Of a DNA stretch of 64,000 bases, positions 27,072 to 37,870 are shown piece after piece. The position numbers and the translations under genes were made by a program. The stretch spans positions 21,204,001 to 21,268,000 of the forward strand of contig OX597840.1 of NCBI GenBank assembly GCA_951406725.2, read 5' to 3'. Position 1 is the first letter of the stretch. Each line of letters begins with the position of its first letter. This DNA comes from Octopus vulgaris (lineage: Eukaryota). Under the pieces are notes generated by a model, which saw only the letters and a program-made list of their open reading frames with translations, made no database searches and was not told the DNA's origin.

Positions 27072-27665
27072 TAAATGCTCTGATGCAGTACCAGGCAGTG
27101 TCCATGCCCTGATGCAGTACCAGGCAGTGGCTCTCATGGTTTCTGATCTTAACAGATTGGAAGTGTTATCATGTACATTGTTTTGGTATAAAAGATGGGC
27201 TACAGCAAATATTCTGCACAATACCACAGATTTGCTTGTCAGTTGTTTGACCATAGCTAGTACAGCATGGCCCTTGGTGGCTGACAATATGTGCATCTCT
27301 GATCACGAGCAGAAGTAGTGGGGGAGCATCATAGCCATGTGTTGAGAGGAATTCTTTGGGGTTTGAATAGTTCACCTCTGGAAACATGGGTGGTTTGTTC
27401 AACATCCTTAAAACAAAACTTATTCAGGGACCTTTTGAGCAGGACGGGCTACTCGACCTGAAGAAAATTCTAACAGGGCCTCACCTGAAAGGTCATGTGC
27501 TGGTTATCTTGATATGAGAGCACCCTGTCATGCACATATAGTTGTGATACATGTGCCTGTGCCTGGTGTGCCCTTATCAGATGGGTAGTTATGATGGGTA
27601 TATTGGGCTTCATATATTTGTACCCTAGTGTCACTTTGACGGCATGAACTGTTCTCTCACTCAAT
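27072..27665 (+). mobile_element. Family D repeat, second full copy
   Basis: Aligns end to end with 23311-23875; (AAT)n on both sides. Confidence 0.85.
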
Positions 27666-28539
27666 AATAATAATAATAGTCATCATCGTTTTAACATAAC
27701 ATTTTCTTGCTTATACTGGTTTGATGGAATCTATGGAGTTAAGATTTCTATAGTCAATTGGCCTTACTGTTACCAACTGCTACCTGTTTCCAGGTAAAGT
27801 AATAATTCCTCATGACCAGACCAGACCAGTTTTCACTGAAGATTGGAAAGGAATGACACTGCATGTATAACAGTGACACTCATTTACAACCATCATGTAA
27901 TGTCAAGACAAGGAGACAGTAACACTCTCACATACACACACAAATATACAATGAGCTTCTTTCGGATCGGGGCCACAGTAGAAGACACTTGACAAAGATT
28001 CCACACACAGGGACTGAACCCAAAATTCTTAAGGTTGAGAGGCAAACCTCTTTACCACACAGCTATATAGCCTGTATTATATGCCATGGGCACATGACAT
28101 TAACAAGCTCCAATTAAAAACAGACAAAAAAAGTACAGGCCCTTTTACAGAACAGAAATCTTTTTTTGGAAAACTCCAAATTAAAGGACGAATCTAATTC
28201 AACCTTTTCACACACACACATACATGACAGATTCTCTTGTTGTGAGCAACAAATGAGGGTTCAGTAAAATAAAGTGGTAAAAATCATGTTCTAAGGTTAC
28301 GAATGTGCCTCCTGAAGGCTACTGTGTGTGTTTTTGTGTCTGTGTTTGTCAACCGGTGTTAGTGTGTTTACATCCCCAAGCACTATAGCAGTTTGGCAAA
28401 AAAGACTGATAGAATAAGAACCAGATTTACAGGGGGGTAAAAAAGGGAAAATAAATATACTTGAGTAGAAGGCACTGCCCCTGAATGGCTGCTGTCCAAT
28501 GACTTAAACAAGTGAAAGAGTAGATGGTTATATACTTAC

Positions 28540-28729
28540 ATGCGCAATGGGTGGCATGATATACTGTGGGTGGTGCATCCAGCCAGGGTTGGTGGACTGT
28601 ACTTGGTATGTGGTGACTGGGGTGGTGGACATGGAGTACCTCGGCATCATCCCTGCTGGAATCATCGCTGTGGCAACTGCTCCACCTCCGCCTGCTGCTG
28701 CTGCCCCCCCAGGGGGCGCGGCCCCCACA
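28540..28729 (-). CDS. shep: shep low-complexity exon: (G)VGAAPPGGAAAAGGGGAVATAMIPAGMMPRYSMSTTPVTTYQVQSTNPGWMHHPQYIMPPIAH
   Basis: ctgccttacag| acceptor and CAT|gtaagt donor; 190 nt (phase 2 to 0); GC-rich coding island; YQV..P.W...QYIM resembles the RBMS C-terminal region. Confidence 0.9.
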
Positions 28730-28861
28730 CTGTAAGGCAGATAAAGACTGTACATCTATAAGCATGTGTCACTCCATCAACCATGAAAATGATTGAGAGA
28801 CACAATAATAACAGGAGAAAGACAGACATCATTGCTAAGAGATATATATATATATATGTGT

Positions 28862-29250
28862 GTATATATATAAAAATTAGAAAAAAAACACCTTTTATCC
28901 ATTCAAAATGAACAATTAAATTACACCATCTAGAAAATTACATATAATAGAAATATTAAATATAAAATATATTATACCGATGATTAAGTAATGTGCAAAA
29001 TAATAAACAAAACGTATATACTAATTTTTTTACTATGATCATTTCTTAAATATAGCCACGAAACACTTGTCGTTATTCTACCCAATATATACGTTTTATT
29101 TATTATTTTGCACATTACTCAATCATTGGTATAATAATATTATTATTTTATATTTAATATTTCTATATGTAATTTTCTAGATGGTGTAATTTAATTGTTC
29201 ATTTTGAATGGATAAAAAGGTGATTTTTTTCTAATTTTTTATATATATAT
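28862..29250. repeat. Fold-back element with ~160-bp arms and a ~65-bp spacer
   Basis: AAAATTAGAAAAAAA...CCATCTAGAAAATTACATAT inverted at 29086-29250; (TA)n flanks. Confidence 0.9.
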
Positions 29251-29331
29251 TATATTTTGTGAAATTTGATTTAGTATTTCTAAATTGAATTTTTCCCTGT
29301 AAGTTAGGAATAATATTCCCTCAAATAATTT

Positions 29332-29364
<33 letters not shown>

Positions 29365-31719
29365 GGGGGGTTGTGAGAGATGAAGAAGGGTGAATAAGCA
29401 ATAAGAACAGTATATTCTGACACAAGGCCAGCAGTTCTGAGAGAAGGGACAAGTCACATGACCATAGCACCCTACTAATTCTGTTGGTCCTCAAAAGGAC
29501 GAAATGCCAGGACAACCTTCAGGGATTTGAACCCAGAATGCAAAAACTGAATGAAATGCTGTTGAACATTTCTTCAGGCTTTTCAGCAGGATTTGAACTC
29601 AATAATAATTTTTGTCTGCCACAAGGGTGTCAAATGAGACAACATTGCAGGGTAGGTATGAGAGGCTGGATCTAGCTGGTCTGAACATAAACCCAATGGA
29701 ATATTTGGGCTGGATGTGGCCAGTTTAAACATTGAAGGGTCAACATTATTTTACAAATCAATAATGCTTCAACCCAGGCTGAATATATGCAGCTTGGTGC
29801 CAAAAGTCTATGAGCATCCAGGACAGGCTCTGAGGATGGTATTACCATATTCGGAGAGTTCCTTTTAAACTGGTAATGCCTCTCAACAGAACTACCAGGT
29901 CATGGGGTCCCAGATGCTCCCTAGAGTCTTTCAATTGCAGGTCTTTTGGAACAGGCCACTTTGATTACACTGTGTAACATGATTTTTGTCCTTGGTTAGC
30001 AACTGTTATTTCCTATGTGCTGACCCTTAGAAAGTATGAAGAATGGCTAATATTTCCCTCAAACTTTGCTTTTGTTACATTTACTCCAAACCCCAAAGAA
30101 TTTCTCTCTCAACACATGGCTATGATGCTCCCCCACTACTCCTGATCAGAGATGCACAGATTGTCAGTGAAATGATTAAGGTCAAACGACTGACAAGCAA
30201 ATCTGTGGCATTGAGCAGAACATTTGCTATAACGATATTTCTGCTTCAGCCACTCTGTACTGAATCTGTGTGAAATGTAATGGAAAATTGGTCAGTTTCA
30301 AAACATTGATGTCCAGGTCAAAAAAAGCAGAGTCTGAAGGAAACAGTAATCTTTTCCTTCACTTTCTAGATCGAAGCAAATAGGAAATAACACTTACTGA
30401 CCAAAGACAAAAAATGAAAATTTTGTTACATCATATTATCTTTGTAGTCAGAGTGACCAGAATATCCCCCAAAACACCAATGCTGTTGCTCACCACTGGC
30501 AGCGTCGCCTGACTGGTGGAAAATTGTGAAGGTCTCACAACATTCCATTCTGCTGTCCATTACTGATGCTAAATTAATAAAGATTTTCTAACACTAACAA
30601 TAAATACTCAAAACTGTACTGTTGCTTTTAGTATTACTTAATCTTTCTCTCCTTAATATTGGTTTCAAGTTTTGGCACAAGGCCAGCAATTTCAGAAGAG
30701 GGGTCAAGTTGAGTACATCAATCCCAGTGCTCAACAGGTACTTATTTTATCGACCCCGAAAGGGATGAAAGGCAAAGTTGACCCTGGCAGAATTCAAGCT
30801 CAGAACACAAACGAGGGACGAAATGCTGCTAAGGCATGATGCCTGGCATGCCAACCATTCTGCCGACTTGCCACCCTCTCTCTCTCTCTCTGCTGTTGTC
30901 AAGAAATCTTTTAAGTTCTTTCTATGGCATGAACAAAATTCTAATCTATTCCAGATTAAAGACTAGGATAAATGCATGAATAATTTCCATGTTCACATTA
31001 TATACACAACAATAAATCTCTGAATGAAGTATAAACAGTAACTGCATGACAATGTGAGGTATATTTGCCATCTCAATATGGCAAATATACCTCACATATA
31101 CATATATATATATATAATACACGCATACACATGCATAAATATATAAACATACACATATGTATGTATATGTGTATGTATGTATGCATAAGTGTGTATATGT
31201 GTTAATATATATTTATATTTAAAACAAACAACAGACGAATGAACTATGAAAGAAAACAATACAAAATGTAAAACAAACGAAACAAAACTAATTTTGTTGA
31301 TAAATTAAACGGTGAAAAACCTTTCAGTATTAGAAATAACGAGGTTAAAAGCTAGGGAACAATAGGGGTTGTAACATGTAAATTTAAGGGGTTTGTTGCT
31401 CTTCACTACAGTGTGTTTAGCTCAGTCGTAAGGTCACGAGTTCAATTCCCAGTGACGTATTGTGTCCTTGAGCAAGGCTCTTTACTTCTCATTGCTCCAG
31501 TCCACTCAGCTGGCAAAAAGGAGTTTACCTGAGTGTCACGCTGAGAAATATGTGGCAAAAAGGAGTTTACCTGAGTGTCACGCTGAGAAATATGTTAAGA
31601 GTACACATGTCTGTGGAGCACTCAGCCACTTGCATGTTAATTTCCCGAGCAGGCTGTTCTGTTGATCGGATCAACTGGAACCCTCTGCATAGTAACCAAC
31701 AAGAGTTCCAGTTTAACTC

Positions 31720-32345
31720 TTACATGGTACTAAACCAAGACACTGTCCTGCATGGTACCCTAAACCAAGACACTGTACTGTCTGCATGGTACCCTAAACC
31801 ATGACATTGCACTGTCTGCATGGTACCCTAGACCAAGACACTGTACTGTCTGCATGGTACTCTAAACCAAGACACTGTACTGTCTGCATGGTACCCTAAA
31901 CCAAGACACTGTACTGTCTGCATGGTACCCTAAACCAAGACACTGTACTGTCTGCATGGTACCCTAAACCAAGACACTGTACTGTCTGCATGGTACCCTA
32001 AACCAAGACACTGCACTGTCTGCATGGTACCCTAAACCAAGACACTGCACTGTCTGTATGGTACCCTAAACCAAGACACTGTACTGTCTGCATGGTACCC
32101 TAAACCAAGACACTGTACTGTCTGCATGGTACCCTAAACCAAGACACTGTACTGTCTGCATGGTACCCTAAACCAAGACACTGTACTGTCTGCATGGTAC
32201 CCTAAACCAAGACACTGTCCAGTCTATATGATACCTTACATCAAAAAACTGCACTGCTTACATGGTACCCTAAACTAAGACACTGCACTATCTACAGGGT
32301 ACCCTAGACTGAAGGACTGCACTGCTTGCAAGGGACACTAAATCA
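31720..32345. repeat. 34-bp minisatellite, about 19 units
   Basis: Unit TGCATGGTACCCTAAACCAAGACACTGTACTGTC; homogeneous centre, degenerate ends. Confidence 0.95.
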
Positions 32346-33329
32346 AGACGACTCTGTTGCTGTCCACATGGTGGCTTAGATGAAGAGTTTTATACCCTTT
32401 TATATTTGATACTGTACACCCCTGACTGTGTCACTCTACCCTCAGCAAAAGTCAGTGTAGTACCCCCATTGACTATAAACAATAATAAACAAACAAAAAC
32501 AATTAATCTCTCCCCTCTCCCCAGCCACTACCACGACCGTTATTAATTAGTATTAACTCAAACAAGTGAACCGTGGCATCTAAAGGTTTCTGTTTGGAGA
32601 GTCAACCTACCTAAGAATGTTAACATTGCAATATTCCTGGAAATTTGTAAGAGATAAAAGGAGGCGATTATTCCAGGTAAGGACTTAACGCAGGTGTGTA
32701 AACGAACAGAATGCAAATAAACAAATACAGAAAACAAGAGAAAAATAAAAGTAAAAACAATTACGGGTACATGTTAAAAAAAATAGGGCCTCCACTCAAT
32801 TCCCATCTAGGGGTAGCCATGTTTCTCTTCTAACACAAGATACCTTTTCTGTCCCTCAATAATACCCCACCACCAGCAGCTGAGAGGGTCTTGTCTTGCA
32901 CGATACCTGGTAATCCCATTGCTGCTTGTGTTACGTAAAAAAAGCACCCAGTATGGCCTGTGCAGTGTTTGCAGTTAGGAAGGACGGCGTGACACAGAAA
33001 CGATGCCAAAACCGTCAGCAGAGTTTGGTGCAGTCTTCTAACTTGCCAATTCCTGTCAAGCCGTCCAACCCATGACAGCATGGAAATCAGATGTTAAATG
33101 ATAACGAATGATCCCAAGCAAAATTAAGGAGCCACACTTGAAAAATAAATGTAAAGAGACTTCTTCTACACACAAATAGGAAATCCCAGCAAAATCATTT
33201 CTCCCCTAAATACACAAAGCAGCTCTCAGTGTTAATTCCATGTAATCCATGTAAGAGCTCTCAATAGTTGTCCCTTTGAAATATCTAAGGGAGTCCTCAG
33301 TAATCCAGTTCTCTTATTCAACACAATAG

Positions 33330-33942
33330 CCGCAGGATGGAAGAGGACCTTTGTCAGGCCATGCGCCAGATGGTTGGATGTGATTAGGGAAGATCTCTAG
33401 AGGCTTGACATCACCTTGGAGGATGTAGACCGCCAGTAATGGAAGGATGGAAGCACTCCGTCAGTTACGACGACGAGGGTTCCGGTTGATCCGAATCAAC
33501 GGAACAGCCTGCTCGTGAAATTAACGTGCAAGTGGCTGAGCACTCCACAGAGACGCGCACCCTTAACGTAGTTCTCGGGGATATTCAGCGTGACACAGAG
33601 AGTGACAAGGCCGGCCCTTTGAAATACAAGGTACAACAGAAACAGGAAGTAAGAGTGAGAGAAAGTTGTGGTGAAAGAGTACAGCAGGGATCACCACCAT
33701 CCCTGCCGGAGCCTCGTGGAGCTTTTAGGTGTTTTCGCTCAATAAACACAACGCCCGGTCTGGGAATCGAAACCGCGATCCTATGACCGCGAGTCCGCTG
33801 CCCTAACCACTGGGCCATTGCGCCAGTAATGGAGAGCACTAGTGAACTTGGTTGGGTCTCCCTATTATGATGTCTTTGGGACCACAAACCTGGGATGAAC
33901 CCAGCCCCATCAAACAAGGGTATGAAGCAAGCAAGCAAGCAG
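33330..33942 (+). mobile_element. RTE LINE 3' fragment interrupted by a SINE
   Basis: GWKRTFVRPCARWLDVIREDL*RLDITLED resumes as WRALVNLVGSP after 33821; (AAGC)n tail. Confidence 0.7.
33444..33824 (-). mobile_element. Full-length tRNA-derived SINE with target-site duplication
   Basis: Head GGCGCAATGGCCCAGTGGTTAGGGCAGCGGACTCGCGG...GTTTCGATTCC with A and B boxes; flanked by the direct repeat CGCCAGTAATGGA. Confidence 0.85.
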
Positions 33943-34315
33943 CAATCCTACCTTTAAAATACACATAAGAGCTCCCTAATAGTCCTACCTGCATATAAGA
34001 GCTCTTAAAATAGGTCTAAGAGCTCTCCCCATAATCCTACCTACATATAAGGGCTCTCACCCTTAAAATATGTCTAAGAACTCTCAGCAGACCAACCTGT
34101 AAAGTACCTCTCAATACACCCCGATTTGCAAATACACAAGTGAACACCCAATCGTAAACATCTGAGGAATCAATCCCTTTGGGGCTCTTTGAGTCTACTG
34201 TCCTCTACACAGACATGGCACCAGTTATTCCAAGAGCTTTACTGGTTTAAGGATGGGGATTTCTTATAAAACGATGGTTAAAACAGGTATAAAATAGCCA
34301 ATGATAGTAACTTAC

Positions 34316-34359
34316 CCATTTTGAGCAATGCTTGACTGGTCATAGCCAACAGGTATTCC
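34316..34359 (-). CDS. shep: shep 44-nt small exon: GIPVGYDQSSIAQN(G)
   Basis: Pyrimidine tract ctctttttccgctccttgtag| and GG|gtaagt donor. Phase 0 to 2 exactly bridges the flanking exons. Resembles the post-RRM2 GIPVxYD...QNG segment of insect Shep (from memory). Absent from the ORF track. Confidence 0.88.
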
Positions 34360-34519
34360 CTACAAGGAGCGGAAAAAGAGTTGCAAGTTTAGTTCGGTTT
34401 CTGGTTATACAAAACAAAACAGACCACGATGACCGGGATCATCGTTTAACAATTTCACCTTTCTTATTCAACTTTCAATTATCAAATAAATAATTCTAAT
34501 GAAACAAACACAAGCTAAT

Positions 34520-34710
34520 GTCATCATCATCATCATCGTCAGGCTGAGCTTGCTCAGACATTTGTAACGTGCACAGACCATCCATCTTGGCCCTGCATTA
34601 GTTGAGGGAGGTCTTTGGGGAGGCATCCACTGTCTCTGATGAGTCGATCCACATATGTTGTATTCGGACGACCAGCATGATTACGACCATGCTTTGGCAT
34701 TCATAGCAGT
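34520..34710 (-). mobile_element. RTE/RTE-X LINE 3' relic
   Basis: PKHGRNHAGRPNTTYVDRLIRDSGCLPKDLPQLM, then a (GAT)n tail. Confidence 0.65.
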
Positions 34711-35212
34711 CGGTCACTTGCCAGCCCTTGTTTAGCTCCCCAGCAATGTTCTGCAAAGCACAAGCGCCTTCCTTTTATAATGTTGGAAAAAGGCAGGAGA
34801 TCTCCTTACAGCTGTTTCATGGTTTCTACAGTTGGATGCCCTTCCTGATGCCAACCACTTCACAGAGTGTACTGGGTGTTTTTCATGTGGCACCAGCATC
34901 GAAGCTTTTTACGTGACACTTTCATTTTAGGACATCAATTCTGTGGTGGTGGGCAAGTCTTCTTGAGCACAGCAAATGAACTTTCAAGCATCTACAGTTG
35001 GTTCTCATTCTCTGGTCAATCGGTCATCACTTGAGAAAGGACTTTATTGGTGATGTTAGAGCAGGGGGTGGGGGTGAAATATACTGTCATGGTATGCAAT
35101 GGGTGAAAAGAAGTTTGTCAGAGATGGAGAAGGGCATAGAATTATCTCGGAGAAAGCAGGAATCAGGCAGGGCCAGTTATTGATGTGGGAATACATGTTG
35201 GAAAGCAACAGT

Positions 35213-35442
35213 CTAACCCTTTTGTTACTCTATTTATTTTGAGATGCTCTGTGTTTCTTTCAATCAATTTTAAATATAACAAAGAATTTAGTAAAATAAC
35301 TTAGTTATCGTTAAGCTAGAGTTAGGAACATAATTTGTGACTAAGGTTTGGTGGAAGATTTTAATTCAGAACTTTTGAAAACAAGACATTTGTACTAAAG
35401 AGCCAGAGGTGGTTTCAGTCAGGTTGGTAACGAAAGGGTTAA
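35213..35442. mobile_element. piggyBac-type MITE
   Basis: CTAA-CCCTTTTGTTAC ... GTAACGAAAGGG-TTAA. Confidence 0.75.
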
Positions 35443-35462
35443 AGGAAAGAAAGAGTACTTAC

Positions 35463-35581
35463 AGCTACAAAGCTATAATTGTTGGCATCAGCCCTTTCTG
35501 TCCAGGAACGGTTTTGTTGATATTGAGCTTTTTTTTTACTGCCACCATCAGCAAATTTTACCAAAAGAGGCTCATTGCCAC
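35463..35581 (-). CDS. shep: shep/RBMS exon, end of RRM2: (G)GNEPLLVKFADGGSKKKAQYQQNRSWTERADANNYSFVA
   Basis: tttaacag| acceptor and GCT|gtaagt donor; 119 nt (phase 1 to 0); EPLLVKFADGG motif. Confidence 0.94.
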
Positions 35582-36002
35582 CTGTTAAAGACAAAGACAA
35601 AAAAAGGTTTTGAAGAAAAAAAATACAAATATCAGTCACTCTTCTTCATCATCATCATCATCACTGCCATCATCATCATCAACATTGCCACTACCATTTA
35701 ACATTTATTTTGAATGCTGCCATGGGTTGAACAGATTGACAAGGGCTGACAAGCCAAAGGGGCTGTTCCAGGCCCCAGTTGTCTGCTTTGGTATGGTTTC
35801 TACAGCTGGGTGCCCCTTTCTAATGCAAACCACTGAACGGAAAGTCTTGGGTGCTTTTTATGTGGCACCAGCACTAGTGAGGTTTACCCAAATAATTTTG
35901 CAAGGCAGGACCTTCAGCCGATGGATGATGGTGGTGTGGAGAGACTAGCATTGAAGAAGAAAGTGGCTTTGTGCCTGGGGATGAAAAGTATAAAATATGA
36001 TG

Positions 36003-36299
36003 TTTGTTGTTTGTTCCTTCTCGAGCCACGCCTGGCTCACAGGGCCGGTTTCCTTGGCGTATAGGTTCCCCACCTGGACAGGGCGCTGGTCTGTCACAGG
36101 TGAGCTGCAAGGTGCAGGAGGAAAGAGTGAGAGAAATCTGTGGCGAAAGAGTCAGCAGAAGTTTGCCATTACCTTCTGCCGGAGCCGCATGGAGCTTAGG
36201 TGTTTCACTCATAAACACACACATCGCCCGGTCTGAGATTTGAACCCGCAATCCCTTGACCGCGAGTCCGCTGCTCTAACCACTAGGCCATGTGTCTCC
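36003..36299 (-). mobile_element. tRNA-derived SINE with a head related to 33444-33824
   Basis: TGGCCTAGTGGTTAGAGCAGCGGACTCGCGG...GGTTCAAATC; AAC-rich tail. Confidence 0.8.
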
Positions 36300-36614
36300 A
36301 GATTCACACACTTATTGCAGCAGTCCTTCTACTTTTCTATAAAAGAACTCAGAAGGTTGGGCCTCCAACCAGGCCTTTCGTGATACCTTTAAAGCCAGGA
36401 ATTTTTCAGCAGCCCCTCGTACAAAGCTACAGGTGTCAGCAGTGAAAGTGAAGTGAAATGGAGGAGTGATTCCTTGGCTTACAATCTCCAGTTTAATTCC
36501 TGCTACCGGTAAAAGACGGAAGCAACAATACTGCGAACTGGCATTCCATAATTAATCACCATCATCATCAACAACAACAACAATGATAACGACAACAACA
36601 AAAGATATGCTTAC

Positions 36615-36834
36615 CTGCCAAAATTTTGGAATTAAAGTTTTGAATAATCTGTTCACATTTCTCTTTGCTCTCCATCCGTGCAAATCCCACCCCTCTACTC
36701 TGGCCGTCCAATTTCCGTAAAATCCTTGTCGAAATCACAGTTCCATATTCCTTGAACAAATTCTCCAGGTGTTCTTCAGTGAAATATGGCGGAAGATTGG
36801 CAATATACAAATTGGTCGGATCTTGCTCTTGTTG
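36615..36834 (-). CDS. shep: shep/RBMS exon encoding RRM2: [73 protein letters not shown](G)
   Basis: ccttgcag| acceptor and G|gtaagc donor; 220 nt (phase 0 to 1). [11 protein letters not shown] and RGVGFARME are diagnostic of RBMS/shep RRM2. Confidence 0.96.
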
Positions 36835-36899
36835 CTGCAAGGTAGACAAAAGAGGAAAATGGTGGGGAAAAGAGGAAATGAAACTAGAATTAATTAATA

Positions 36900-37396
36900 A
36901 TAATAATAATGGTTTCAGATTTTGCCACGAGGACAGCATCTTTGGGGGAGGGGGCTGAGTCGATTACATTGACCCCAGTGTATAACTGGTATTTATTTCA
37001 TCAACCTTGAAAGGATGAGTGGCAAAGTCAACCTCGGCGGAAAAATAATAATAATAATAATAATGATTATAACAACAACAACAACGATAATGATTTCTTT
37101 TAATATAATCAACAAAAACAACAACAATCCCTTCTGCTTTAGGCTTGAAATTTTGGTGGGAAGGCGTGGGTCAATTACATCAACCCCAGTGCTCAACTGG
37201 TACTTATTTTATCAACCCCAAAAAGGTGAAAGGCAAAGTCGACCTCAGCGGGATTTGAACTCAGAACCTAAAGACAAATGAAATACTGCCAAGCATGCTA
37301 ACAATTCTGCCAGCTCACTGCCTAATAATAATAATAATAATAATGATAATAATAATAATAATAATAATAATATTGATAATAATAATAATAATAATG

Positions 37397-37471
<75 letters not shown>

Positions 37472-37870
37472 TAAAATAAAAAAAAATAATAATAATAATA
37501 ATAATAATAATGAGAATAATAATAATAATAATAATAATAAAAAATAATAATAATAATAAAATAATAATAATAATAATAATAAAAAAATAAAATAATAATA
37601 ATAATAAAAAAAAATAATAATAATAATAATAATAAAAAAATAATAATAATAATAATCCTTTCTACTAAAGGCACAAGGCCTGAGATTTTGGGAGAGGAAA
37701 CTAGATGATTCCATTGATCCCAGTGTTGCACTGGTACTTAATTTATTGACCCTGAAAGGATGAAAGGCAAAGTTGACCTCAGCAGGATTTGAACCCAGAA
37801 CGCGAAGACAGACAAAATACTGCTAAGCATTTTGCCCGGCATGCTACCGATTCTGCCAGCTCATTGCCTT
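36900..37870 (-). mobile_element. Three SINE family B copies with a ~330-bp degenerate (AAT)n
   Basis: Same motif set, immediately upstream of the RRM2 exon acceptor. Confidence 0.8.

Noticed and set aside
31720-32345. CRISPR array, or an RBFOX (TGCATG) site array
   Set aside because: The units are contiguous with no unique spacers, in a eukaryotic intron. TGCATG is on the plus strand, antisense to the shep pre-mRNA.
33740-33824. Functional tRNA gene (also at 36220-36299, 53064 and 24540-24604)
   Set aside because: No complete cloverleaf is evident, and each continues into a repeat body; these are SINE heads.
34630-34680. CTGATGA-GTCG...CGAC hammerhead
   Set aside because: No GAAA follows, and it lies inside an RTE coding relic.
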